From: an uncultured Spirochaetales bacterium
GTDB taxonomy: Bacteria > Spirochaetota > Spirochaetia > JABEVK01
Assembly: GCA_964624355.1 (NCBI GenBank)
Contig: CAZUXL010000004.1
Location: 1 to 50,739, forward strand
Reading direction: 5' to 3'
DNA: 50,739 bases
Of this stretch, positions 1 to 8,219 are shown piece after piece (positions within the stretch are counted from its first letter, which is position 1; each line of letters begins with the position of its first letter). The notes below the pieces were generated by a model. The model did no database searches. It was not told where the DNA came from and saw only the letters and a list, made by a program, of their open reading frames with translations. A program made the position numbers and the translations under genes.

Positions 1-911
1 ATCAAATGCTTCACCAGCGCCTTATGCCCCTGATGACTCCAAAAACAGTGGGCTAGGAGAAAAAGATCCATGACCACCACCGATGATCTTCCATGAACCA
101 AAGCGCTGGCCTTGAGGATACGCACGGTTTTTTTCCACCGGCGATCGGAAATATAAACCGATGCGGTGTGGGGGTTGATGCCGCCGGGTTCCAGGGATTT
201 TAATTTTTTGCGGATATGGACCATGGTTTCTAAAATTTCTTCCGGAATTTCTACCTGGATAAGGAGTTTTTGAAATTCCTCATACTCTTGGGAACTCAGG
301 GCTTCATTTTCCCTCAGGGGGGATAAATACAGATCGGAGCTGTTAGTGAGAAGTTTCTTAAAATCCCCTTCATTTTCTAAATTCTTCACTTCCAGACGAA
401 CCAAGAACCGGTCCCAAAAGGCTTCGGCGGTTTCGTCATTTTCTGGGATTCGGTTAGCCGCGCCAATAAATCCTTTCAGGGGAACCGGGAGCTCCTTTCC
501 CCCATTGCGGAAAATTCTCTCGTTAAGAACGGTGAGTAAGGCGTTTTGAATCGGGGGACTGGCCCTCCAGATTTCGTCTAAAAATACAATATCCGCCTCC
601 GGAAGGTACCCTTCGGTGCGGCGTTCAAACACATCCCGATCCCGGAGCCCTGAAATGGAAAGGGGGCCGAAAATTTCTTCGGGGGTGGAAAACCGTCCCA
701 TGAGATATTCAAAAGCCCGCGCTCCCTTAAAGGCATGCTTAAGTCTACGGGCCATGAGACTTTTAGCTACCCCGGGAGGTCCCAGGAGAAAAACACTTTC
801 ACCGGCTAAAAAGGCTAAAAGTGAAAGTCTCAAAGCCTCTTCTTTTTCAGGGAGCCCCTGGGGGAGCTTTTGGAGGAGGACTTGTATCTTGGTTGAAAGG
901 TCTGAACTCAT
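1..911 (-). CDS. AAA+ ATPase, RavA/MoxR family (N-terminal ~303 codons; the gene runs off the left edge)
   Basis: Absent from the ORF track because it has no stop inside the window. My reverse-complement translation from the ATG at ~911 gives MSSDLSTKIQVLLQKLPQGLPEKEEALRLSLLAFLAGESVFLLGPPGVAKSLMARRLKHAFKGARAFEYLMGRFSTPEEIFGPLSI...EADIVFLDEIWRASPPIQNALLTVLNERIFRNG...YISDRRWKK. It has Walker A GPPGVAKS and Walker B VFLDEIW, and is colinear with the E. coli RavA N-terminus as I recall it. Track ORFs 346-549(+) and 616-951(+) are its antisense shadows. Confidence 0.85.
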   Translation of the reverse strand, partial: MSSDLSTKIQVLLQKLPQGLPEKEEALRLSLLAFLAGESVFLLGPPGVAKSLMARRLKHAFKGARAFEYLMGRFSTPEEIFGPLSISGLRDRDVFERRTEGYLPEADIVFLDEIWRASPPIQNALLTVLNERIFRNGGKELPVPLKGFIGAANRIPENDETAEAFWDRFLVRLEVKNLENEGDFKKLLTNSSDLYLSPLRENEALSSQEYEEFQKLLIQVEIPEEILETMVHIRKKLKSLEPGGINPHTASVYISDRRWKKTVRILKASALVHGRSSVVVMDLFLLAHCFWSHQGHKALVKHL

Positions 912-1020
912 GGATTCATTTTCATTGAATGGACAAAGGAGGTCAAGCTGATGGCCAAGACTTAAGGAACATCATCCGTTGCGTGACACCATCTTCGACT
1001 TTCTAGATATTTTCAAGCCA

Positions 1021-1048
1021 AACCCGCCGAGATCCATTTGGCGGGTTT
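1021..1048 (-). terminator. Possible weak terminator hairpin after leuD
   Basis: Inverted repeat aacccgcc-N11-ggcgggtt lies 9 nt beyond the leuD stop. Only TTT follows the hairpin on the minus strand, so it is weak. Confidence 0.3.
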
Positions 1049-1056
1049 AGGGGTTT

Positions 1057-1581
1057 TCAATACCTCTTTGATGCGAATTCCACCCAGCCACCGGCTTCGA
1101 CCAGGGCTTTTTCAAACTCTCCAAGGTTTAAGGGATAAGTCTTTTGGACCCCGCCGCCGGTGAATTGTGCGATCTGAGCCTTCCAGTCTACCTGCAATTC
1201 CGTATCCTTTCCCGCAAAAACCGTGAAGACTTCGGCGATCTCTTCTGGTTTTAAAGTGACCGCTAAAAGACCACCGTTGAACATATTTCCCCGAAAAATC
1301 CGGGCGAAGCCGCTGGCGACCACGGCATTAAGTCCATTTACTTCCAAGGCCCAGGGCGCATGTTCCCGACTGGATCCACAGCCGAAATTATCCCGGCTTA
1401 GAACCACGGTCTTACCGGTGAGATCTTTGGAGGCGTCAAAACCGGGGAGTTTCAAGTCTTCCAGACAATAGGGTTTTAGGGCTACTTTTGAAACTTCCGT
1501 GAGATACTTGGCGGGAATAATTTCATCGGTATTGATGTCGCTTCGATCCAGGAAGAGAACTCTTCCATTAAAATTTTTCAT
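1057..1581 (-). CDS. leuD: 3-isopropylmalate/(homo)aconitate-type dehydratase, small subunit (LeuD type 2)
   Basis: 174 aa. Matches the aconitase swivel-domain family: RVLFLDRSDINTDEIIPAKYL and FGCGSSREHAPWAL. It overlaps the large-subunit stop by 4 nt. Confidence 0.8.
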   Translation of the reverse strand: MKNFNGRVLFLDRSDINTDEIIPAKYLTEVSKVALKPYCLEDLKLPGFDASKDLTGKTVVLSRDNFGCGSSREHAPWALEVNGLNAVVASGFARIFRGNMFNGGLLAVTLKPEEIAEVFTVFAGKDTELQVDWKAQIAQFTGGGVQKTYPLNLGEFEKALVEAGGWVEFASKRY

Positions 1582-2867
1582 GAACTCACTCCTGCGGGGG
1601 TATTTACAATTTTTCCGGCCAAGGCTGCATAGGCTGCAGAAGCTGGGCTCATGAGATGAACCGTACCGCCTTTCCCCATGCGGCCGAAAAAGTTCCGGTT
1701 AGTAGTGGAGGCACAAACTTCCCCCTCGGCGAGAACCCCGTTGGACATGCCCAAACACGCTCCGCAGGTGGGATTGGTCACACAAAATCCCGCATCCATG
1801 AAGATCTGAATTATACCTTCTTTCAGAGCCTCGGAGAAAATATGGGGCGTCGCAGGGCTCACGATACCCCGGACTGTGGAAGGAATAGTTTTACCTTTGA
1901 GAATGGCGGCGGCAATCCTCAGATCCTCAATCCGGCCGTTGGTACAGCTTCCAATATAGACCTGATCGACTTTGGTCCCTTCCAATTCTTCCAGGGATTT
2001 TACCTGGTCAGGCTTAAAACCGAAGGTGGCCACGGTTTTCAAAGTGGACACATCGATTTCCATAACTTTGGCATAGGGAGCATCGGCATCGGAGATCCAC
2101 TGACTGTAGGATTCCAAAGCGGCTTTTTTATCCGCAAACTCATTTTGAATATGAGGCCAAAGATAGTCCACGGTGACCTCATCGGGAGCGCAAACCCCCG
2201 AGGTTCCCCCCGCTTCGATGGCCATATTACACAGGGTCATCCGTCTTTCCATGGTCATGGCTTTCACAGCCTCACCGGTAAATTCAATGACTTTATCCGT
2301 AGCGCCATTAACCCCCAGGAGGGAAATGATATGGAGAATCACATCCTTGGCATAAACGCCTTTTGGAAGTTTGCCCTTGAGTTCCACTTTGATGGTGTCC
2401 GGCTGTTTAAAAGCACAGACCCCCTTCAAAATTCCCACTTCCAGATCCGTGGTTCCCACCCCTGCGGCAAAAGCTCCGAAGGCTCCATGGGTACAGGTGT
2501 GACTATCCCCCATTATAATAGTGTAGCCGGGACGGACAAAGCCCATTTCAGGAAACAGGGCATGACAAACCCCGTTGCGGCCAATGTCGAAGAAATCTTT
2601 TATATTATGACGGAGAGCCCAATCTCGAAGTATTTTCCCCTGAAGAGCAGTTTTGGAATCCTTGGCGGGGGTCACATGATCGATCACTGCTTTAATTTTG
2701 GTGGGATCAAAAACATAGTCCATGTTTTTCTCCACCAAGTCATTGATCGCAATGGGAGTGGTAATTTCGTGGCAAAACACCGCATCCAATTTGAGAACCC
2801 AGGCTTCACCATAGGGTTTGTCCAACAAGTGAGCATCAAAAATCTTTTGAGCAATCGTTTTTCCCAT
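1578..2867 (-). CDS. leuC: 3-isopropylmalate/(homo)aconitate-type dehydratase, large subunit (LeuC type 2)
   Basis: 429 aa. MGKTIAQKIFDAHL start, GDSHTCTHGAFGAFA, and Fe-S ligand regions GSCTNGR and NPTCGACLG are typical of aconitase-family large subunits. Confidence 0.8.
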   Translation of the reverse strand: MGKTIAQKIFDAHLLDKPYGEAWVLKLDAVFCHEITTPIAINDLVEKNMDYVFDPTKIKAVIDHVTPAKDSKTALQGKILRDWALRHNIKDFFDIGRNGVCHALFPEMGFVRPGYTIIMGDSHTCTHGAFGAFAAGVGTTDLEVGILKGVCAFKQPDTIKVELKGKLPKGVYAKDVILHIISLLGVNGATDKVIEFTGEAVKAMTMERRMTLCNMAIEAGGTSGVCAPDEVTVDYLWPHIQNEFADKKAALESYSQWISDADAPYAKVMEIDVSTLKTVATFGFKPDQVKSLEELEGTKVDQVYIGSCTNGRIEDLRIAAAILKGKTIPSTVRGIVSPATPHIFSEALKEGIIQIFMDAGFCVTNPTCGACLGMSNGVLAEGEVCASTTNRNFFGRMGKGGTVHLMSPASAAYAALAGKIVNTPAGVSS

Positions 2868-2891
2868 AAAGTCTCCTACTTATTCTTATTT

Positions 2892-3449
2892 TTAATGAAA
2901 ACCCTTAGGTGGGGTCACCACCCAGAAGGCTTTTAGGGGCAGAGCCCCGGTATTTTTTAAAACGTGAGGTACATCGGAGGAAAAAGACACGCTGTCACCG
3001 GATTCGATCTGGGAAGTCTGTCCGCCACAGGTCAAAATCCCGGATCCTTCCAAGACCACGCCCATTTCTTTACCCATGTGTCCATATTCAGGGCTTCCAC
3101 GGGAAGCCCCCGGAGCCAATTCTAAATAATAAGCCTCGATCCCCTTGTCCCCTTCCTGAGCCCTGGAAAGAAACTCATAGGAAGCCCCTCCCTCTTGAAA
3201 ACGGGGCCGGTCCCCGGCTTTCATCACCGTTACGTCACCGGATTTTTTATAGGAGGCAAAAAGATATTCCAGGTCTAAGTTTAAAAACGAGGCTATATCC
3301 AAAAGCGTATCCACTGCCGGGGCTACTTTATTCCGTTCAATCTGGGAGATTAAGCTTTCGCTTACCCCCAAGCTGGTAGCCACCATTTTGAGCGTCAATC
3401 CTCGTTTTTCCCGGACTCCACGGATTTTATCACCAAATTCATACTTCAT
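2892..3449 (-). CDS. XRE-family HTH transcriptional regulator with C-terminal cupin domain
   Basis: 185 aa. N-terminal HTH_3 pattern IRGVREKRGLTLKMVATSLGVSESLISQIERNK. The C-terminal beta-rich region (GHMGKEMGVVLEGSGILTCGG...GDSVSFSSDVPHVLKN) is cupin-like. It ends 24 nt upstream of leuC on the same strand. Confidence 0.8.
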   Translation of the reverse strand: MKYEFGDKIRGVREKRGLTLKMVATSLGVSESLISQIERNKVAPAVDTLLDIASFLNLDLEYLFASYKKSGDVTVMKAGDRPRFQEGGASYEFLSRAQEGDKGIEAYYLELAPGASRGSPEYGHMGKEMGVVLEGSGILTCGGQTSQIESGDSVSFSSDVPHVLKNTGALPLKAFWVVTPPKGFH

Positions 3450-3520
3450 TATTTATTAACCATCTACAGTATTTATTAAGTTGTACCCCTTAGTCAAGAT
3501 CTCTGGTGCCCCTCAGAGCA

Positions 3521-3550
3521 TAAAAAAAGCCAAGAACCGGAGTTCTTGGC
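3521..3550 (-). terminator. Rho-independent terminator after the CBM21 lipoprotein gene
   Basis: Perfect 9-bp stem gccaagaac/gttcttggc with a 4-nt loop (3529-3550). On the minus strand a T7 run follows (A-run 3522-3528 on +). Confidence 0.75.
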
Positions 3551-3568
3551 CTGGCTTTGAAAAGGCCT

Positions 3569-4429
3569 CTAGTATTTGTAGACGTTCACAGAGTAATTCT
3601 TACCAAAGTTATTATCCCAATATATTTTTCCATTGACTTCGTAGGACAAGACATATTCCACCTTGGTGGTATTGTTTATATACCCGTTAAAGGTCCACAT
3701 TTCCACACCGTAGGCATTGGGACTGGCAATGGGGCTGCCGTAGGAAGGGTAGTATTGGGAGTTAAAGGCGGCATCCATGGTACCATTGGTCGCCCAATTA
3801 TCCGTGGTGTAGAGGACCTTTAATTTTTTATTAGGAGCTAAATTTTTCACATCTATTACGCCAGTAATGTAGGCTTGTGTGGAGGAAACGCCCACCTGAT
3901 AAGCTGAGGCATAACGAGCAGATAAGGGAAATCCAGAACCCAAAAGGTAGCCTCCGTGCTGGGAGAGGGTGTAATTGGCCCCATCATTGTTGTCCCAGTA
4001 AGTCTGCCCGGCCACTTCGTACTTGAGGCAAAATTTTTCTCCCAAAGTGTAGGGTCCCATGTAGTATATGTTCCAACCCAGGTTAGCGGTCCAAATCTCC
4101 CATCCCTCTTCCGCATTTTGCATGAAGGTAGCGGGATAATCTGCCCAAGATCCATCGAGCAGCTGGTGGTGAACTGTGACTTTCTTTTCAAAGGCTAAGT
4201 TTTTTACCTTAATGTTGACTTGGCGCTCCACATTAGCCATTCCATAGTGGGCGGTGTACAGGGAGTAGGCCTTGGCAAGGCTCACCGGACTCACCAGTCC
4301 CCGGGTAACCGAGTTCAGGGAGGCTGTGGTTTCATTAGTATTTCCTGTGATGTCATTACATGAGGCCAAAAGAGCTAAAGCAGCGATAATCCAGATATTC
4401 TTCATAATAGTCTTCATAACTTTCTCCAT
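3569..4429 (-). CDS. Lipoprotein with two tandem CBM21 starch/glycogen-binding modules
   Basis: Lipobox LALLASC. Two repeats carry the CBM21 signature: VKNLAFEKKVTVHH...WEIWTANL...FCLKYEVAGQTYWDNNDGANY and VKNLAPNKKLKVLY...MWTFNGY...YVLSYEVNGKIYWDNNFGKNY. Compare the Rhizopus glucoamylase SBD: YVKNIAYSKKVTV...YWTF...YIKYEVSGKTYYDNNNSANY. Confidence 0.8.
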   Translation of the reverse strand: MEKVMKTIMKNIWIIAALALLASCNDITGNTNETTASLNSVTRGLVSPVSLAKAYSLYTAHYGMANVERQVNIKVKNLAFEKKVTVHHQLLDGSWADYPATFMQNAEEGWEIWTANLGWNIYYMGPYTLGEKFCLKYEVAGQTYWDNNDGANYTLSQHGGYLLGSGFPLSARYASAYQVGVSSTQAYITGVIDVKNLAPNKKLKVLYTTDNWATNGTMDAAFNSQYYPSYGSPIASPNAYGVEMWTFNGYINNTTKVEYVLSYEVNGKIYWDNNFGKNYSVNVYKY

Positions 4430-4478
4430 CTAATTTTAGATGAACAACTAAGTAACCTATAACAAAAATAAGGTCAAG

Positions 4479-4500
4479 AGTCCATTATAGTCCATTATAG
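4479..4500. repeat. Exact tandem 10-mer (tccattatag x2, preceded by a partial ag) in a divergent promoter region
   Basis: Read directly at 4481-4490 and 4491-4500. On the minus strand each unit reads cTATAATgga, giving two TATAAT hexamers 10 bp apart. Confidence 0.9.
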
Positions 4501-4532
4501 TTTGAAAAAGTCTTTAATATTCTGAATTTTTA

Positions 4533-5465
4533 TTGGAAAGCGCTTTATTCCTCTATCCTTTGAAGGGCAAATTTTTCCTTGCTCCCCCCTCCTCCATCCC
4601 TTATACTGTCCCCATGCCTAAGCTTGATTTTGACCCTGAAGAACCTTTGATATTCCCCCCGTTGGTGGAAATAGAAATGTCATCTGAAGAATTTATGACA
4701 TCCATTCAGAATACTCCTGTCCCCCCAGGACAAACGGCCCTCTGGTTTTTGGGGCAAAATTCCTGGATTTTAAAATCCGACCAAGGAAGACTGGTGGCCA
4801 CGGACCCCTATCTCACGGATTTCTGTGCTTCCCAGCGTACCAGGGTACCCACCCCTAAAAGTCGTCTTTTACCCGTTTTCATCGAACCTGAAGACCTTCA
4901 GGTGGATGTGGTGCTCATAACCCATAGTCATTGTGATCATTGTGATCCCTTTACCTTGGAACGGTTAAGCATTAAGGAAACCGCAAAGTTTTTAGCCCCG
5001 TTTCAAGCTGTGGAAGTCCTGAAAGGCGCCGGCATAGGGGCGTCTCGGATTCACCTAATGCATCCTCTCCAAACTTGGAAGGATCTGGGAATGGAAGTTA
5101 TCGGGTGCTTTGCCGAACCCACGGACCATACTGATTTGAACCACATGGGCTTTACTTTGCGTTTTGAAGGGGGAAAACTCTATTATAACTCCGGAGATAC
5201 AGCAAAAACCGAACTATTAGGACATGTGGCAGCCTGGAAACCCGAGGTCATGTCCATCTGCATCAACGGGGGGTATCACAACCTCAGCCACTGGGAGGCG
5301 GCAGAAATTGCAGCCCTCATCAAACCCCGGGTGGCTATTCCCGCCCACTACGACATGTTTCCCCACAACCTACAACCCCCCCACATGTTCAGAAAAAGTC
5401 TCTTTCAACTGGCGAGGGATGTGGATTACCACCGAATGAAGTACTACGAGCCCTATTTTTTTTAA
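4533..5465 (+). CDS. MBL-fold metallo-hydrolase (UlaG-like)
   Basis: HxHxDH motif ITHSHCDHCD and GQNSWILKSD...LVATDPYL. The start is uncertain: the TTG at 4533 has no SD. ATGs at 4614 and 4677 are alternatives, and the latter follows GGTGGA. Confidence 0.75.
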   Translation: MESALFLYPLKGKFFLAPPSSIPYTVPMPKLDFDPEEPLIFPPLVEIEMSSEEFMTSIQNTPVPPGQTALWFLGQNSWILKSDQGRLVATDPYLTDFCASQRTRVPTPKSRLLPVFIEPEDLQVDVVLITHSHCDHCDPFTLERLSIKETAKFLAPFQAVEVLKGAGIGASRIHLMHPLQTWKDLGMEVIGCFAEPTDHTDLNHMGFTLRFEGGKLYYNSGDTAKTELLGHVAAWKPEVMSICINGGYHNLSHWEAAEIAALIKPRVAIPAHYDMFPHNLQPPHMFRKSLFQLARDVDYHRMKYYEPYFF

Positions 5466-5508
5466 CCCTGTGGTAAAATAATTTCATATCCTGTTACGGA
5501 GGCATTCA

Positions 5509-8205
5509 TTGATTAATTTTAAAAATTGGATTTCAGGAGCTGTAGTTTTCCTGGTATTCGTTCTTCTAACTGCCTGTTCCACCGGAGGACCGGGGGCGCT
5601 TAAATCCAGTCGCCTAGCCAGAACCCCTGTGGTTCCCATGGAAAAGGTCACCCCTCAAGAGGTCCAGTCCTTACTCCAGGTTCCTTCCCCTGACTGGCGG
5701 GATCAAATCATTTATATGATTATCACCGACCGATTTGACGATGGAGACCCCAGCAACAGTAATCAAAAAGCTGGGGAATACAATCCCAAGGAAAACGCCT
5801 ATTTTTCAGGAGGGGATCTGAAAGGAATCACCGATAACCTGGATTACATCAAAGGATTGGGAATGACTTCCTTGTGGATTACACCCCCGGTGGCTAACCA
5901 GTGGTGGGACCCCATTATCCAATACTCCGGCTACCATGGGTACTGGGCCAGGGATTTCAAATCTGTGGATGAACATTTGGGAACCCTGGAGGATTATAAA
6001 CTCCTCTCCGCTACCCTCCATAAAAATGATATGTATCTGATCCAGGATATTGTTTTGAACCACGTGGGGAACTTTTTTTACTACACCGGCGGGTGGGACA
6101 AGGCCAGTCCCCACCTAAACTTTGCCCTTAATACTAAATCGACCCCCGGGACCGCCCCGACCCAATATCCCTTCAATTTGAACGACGTCCGAGACAAATC
6201 TATAAAGACCCAGAACATCTATAACTGGACTCCCAATATCCGGGACTATAACAATCCTCTCCAACGCCTCACCTATCAAATGAGTTCCCTGGACGATCTA
6301 AACACCACCAATCCCGTGGTTCGAAAGGCCCTTCGGGAGTCTTATAACTATTGGATTAAGGAAGTGGGGGTCGATGGATTTCGCATCGATACCATCCGGT
6401 ATGTGGAACACGACACCTTAAACGATTTTCTTCATAACAACGAAGATAAAGAGGCCTTGGGGGCAGTGGAATTTGCCAAGACCCTGGGGAAGGATAATTT
6501 TTACGTCACTGGGGAAAACCTGGTGAACGGGAAACTTTTCGATCCTGGAGTGGATAAAGAGGTGGCCGAGTACCAAGGCACTCCGGAAAAACCAGAAATC
6601 CTCGCCCCCTTAAACTTCACCCTGACCTGGGATCTCCGGTCCGTATTCCAAGAAGGGGCCCCCACCAGCGCTCTGACCTATCGTCTGGACAATATCAAAA
6701 AAACCTTCAGAAATCCTGATCTCCTACCGAACTTTGTGGACAGCCACGACATCGATAGGTTTATGAAAAATGCCAACTACGGTTCCATGGAACAAGCCCT
6801 GGGATTTGTGTTCACCATCCCCGGCATACCTGTGGTACTTTACGGTACGGAACAGGAATTCACCCAATCCCGGGCTTCCATGTTTGCTGACGGTTTTTCT
6901 TCTGAAGGAAAAGATCACTTTAACTCCGAAACCCCAGGGTACCGGTGGATAAAAGCCCTGGCGGATCTGAGAAAGTCCAACCCGGTTTTTTCCCGGGGTA
7001 CCATGACCGTAATACAGGATAGTTCCAGTGGCGCCGGCATTTTTGTCTACACCATGGAAGGACAGGGGAAAAAGGCCTTTGTAATTTTCAATTCCGCTGG
7101 TGCCCCTAAGTTGTTGAATAACCTCCCCACGGGGTTGACCACAGGTTGGGTTCTGGAACCGGTCCTGGCCAACCTTCCCCAGCTTCGCCAGAATTTAATT
7201 CCCGGAGCCGGGGGCAAAATCAGTTTTGAAATCCCTGCTCAGGGATTTGGGGTTTATTTCCCCAAAGAGGCTTCAGCTGTCCCGGAGGCTGTATCCGCCC
7301 AGGTGAAATTCACACGGCTTTCCCCCAATCAGGTTGTTCAAGGGAATCTGAAGCTGGAAGGTACAAGTGTAGGGGTAAATCGAATTGAACTCCTGATCGA
7401 TGGAAGTATTTCCACCGCCGTAGAAGCCCAGATCCAGCCCAGCGGCGTATGGAGTGCTCCGTTGGATGCGGAAAATCTTTCCTCCGGTCCCCATACCCTC
7501 GCCCTGCGGGGATTTTATGAGGGAGGATGGGTGGCGACAGAGCCCCTTGATATAAAAGTGGACATTCCCTTTATCCCGGTGCTCACAGCAGCGGATCCCG
7601 TGGGGGACGATAAAGGACCGGCGGGCACCTACCTCTACCCCACCGATGCCACCTTCAAATCTCAGATGGATATGGAATCCATCACCCTGGCCACCGCAGG
7701 AAAGAGCCTACAAGTGACTATCAAATCCAAAGGAGGGATTACCACCTCCTGGAATCCTCAAAATGGGTTCGACCATGTGGCTTTTTACGTATATTTGGAC
7801 ATTCCTGGTACCACAGGAGGACAAAAAGTACTTCCTAAGCATAATTTACCAGCCCCAGAGGGTTTTGAATGGGATTATTTTGCCCTGGCCGGCGGCTGGG
7901 CCAACTTCCTCTATTCAAGTAAGGGAGCTTCAGCAATAAATTATGGAACCCCAGTAAAACCCGCAGCCATCCTGAGTTCAAATAAAGATGCCGGGACCGT
8001 GACCTTGACAATTCCCGCAGAGTCCATGGGATTTCCCAAAACTCTTTCAGGTACAAAGGTCTATATCGTGACATGGGATTATGATGGAATCGAAAGTGCC
8101 AATCGGGCGCTCACCCCCAAAGCGGGGGCCTACATCTTTGGTGGTGGGGATGGATCCAAGGATCCTCTGGTAATGGATCAGAGTACCGTACTGTTGGTAC
8201 CCTGA
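5509..8205 (+). CDS. GH13 alpha-amylase-family lipoprotein with a glucodextranase-like C-terminal domain
   Basis: Lipobox LLTAC. GH13 conserved regions: DRFDDGD, GGDLKGITDNLDYIKGLGMTSLWITP, YHGYWARDF, DIVLNHVG, GVDGFRIDTIRYV, FVDSHDIDRF. The C-terminus (DPVGDDKGPAGTYLYPTD...FDHVAFYVYLDIPG) resembles the glucodextranase C-terminal module. The start is TTG. Confidence 0.9.
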   Translation: MINFKNWISGAVVFLVFVLLTACSTGGPGALKSSRLARTPVVPMEKVTPQEVQSLLQVPSPDWRDQIIYMIITDRFDDGDPSNSNQKAGEYNPKENAYFSGGDLKGITDNLDYIKGLGMTSLWITPPVANQWWDPIIQYSGYHGYWARDFKSVDEHLGTLEDYKLLSATLHKNDMYLIQDIVLNHVGNFFYYTGGWDKASPHLNFALNTKSTPGTAPTQYPFNLNDVRDKSIKTQNIYNWTPNIRDYNNPLQRLTYQMSSLDDLNTTNPVVRKALRESYNYWIKEVGVDGFRIDTIRYVEHDTLNDFLHNNEDKEALGAVEFAKTLGKDNFYVTGENLVNGKLFDPGVDKEVAEYQGTPEKPEILAPLNFTLTWDLRSVFQEGAPTSALTYRLDNIKKTFRNPDLLPNFVDSHDIDRFMKNANYGSMEQALGFVFTIPGIPVVLYGTEQEFTQSRASMFADGFSSEGKDHFNSETPGYRWIKALADLRKSNPVFSRGTMTVIQDSSSGAGIFVYTMEGQGKKAFVIFNSAGAPKLLNNLPTGLTTGWVLEPVLANLPQLRQNLIPGAGGKISFEIPAQGFGVYFPKEASAVPEAVSAQVKFTRLSPNQVVQGNLKLEGTSVGVNRIELLIDGSISTAVEAQIQPSGVWSAPLDAENLSSGPHTLALRGFYEGGWVATEPLDIKVDIPFIPVLTAADPVGDDKGPAGTYLYPTDATFKSQMDMESITLATAGKSLQVTIKSKGGITTSWNPQNGFDHVAFYVYLDIPGTTGGQKVLPKHNLPAPEGFEWDYFALAGGWANFLYSSKGASAINYGTPVKPAAILSSNKDAGTVTLTIPAESMGFPKTLSGTKVYIVTWDYDGIESANRALTPKAGAYIFGGGDGSKDPLVMDQSTVLLVP

Positions 8206-8219
8206 TCCCCTTCCCCGGA

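Noticed and set aside
346-951. Two + strand ORFs (67 and 111 aa) at the left end
   Set aside because: They are antisense shadows of the RavA-like gene on the minus strand. Their sequences are rich in S, R and K with no motifs.
935-965. Strong SD (AAAGGAGG) plus 8 nt plus a 4-codon mini-ORF ATG-GCC-AAG-ACT-TAA on the + strand
   Set aside because: There is no downstream + strand gene for about 3.5 kb that it could regulate. It sits in the promoter region of the minus-strand RavA-like gene, so it is most likely fortuitous.
1656-2936. 426-aa + strand ORF fully antisense to leuC
   Set aside because: Its codons are in exact register with the reverse complement of the leuC codons (1656-1578 = 78 nt). 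It stays open simply because leuC avoids TTA, CTA and TCA. The translation is low-complexity (rich in G, F, H, N, P) with no recognisable motif, while leuC itself is unambiguous.
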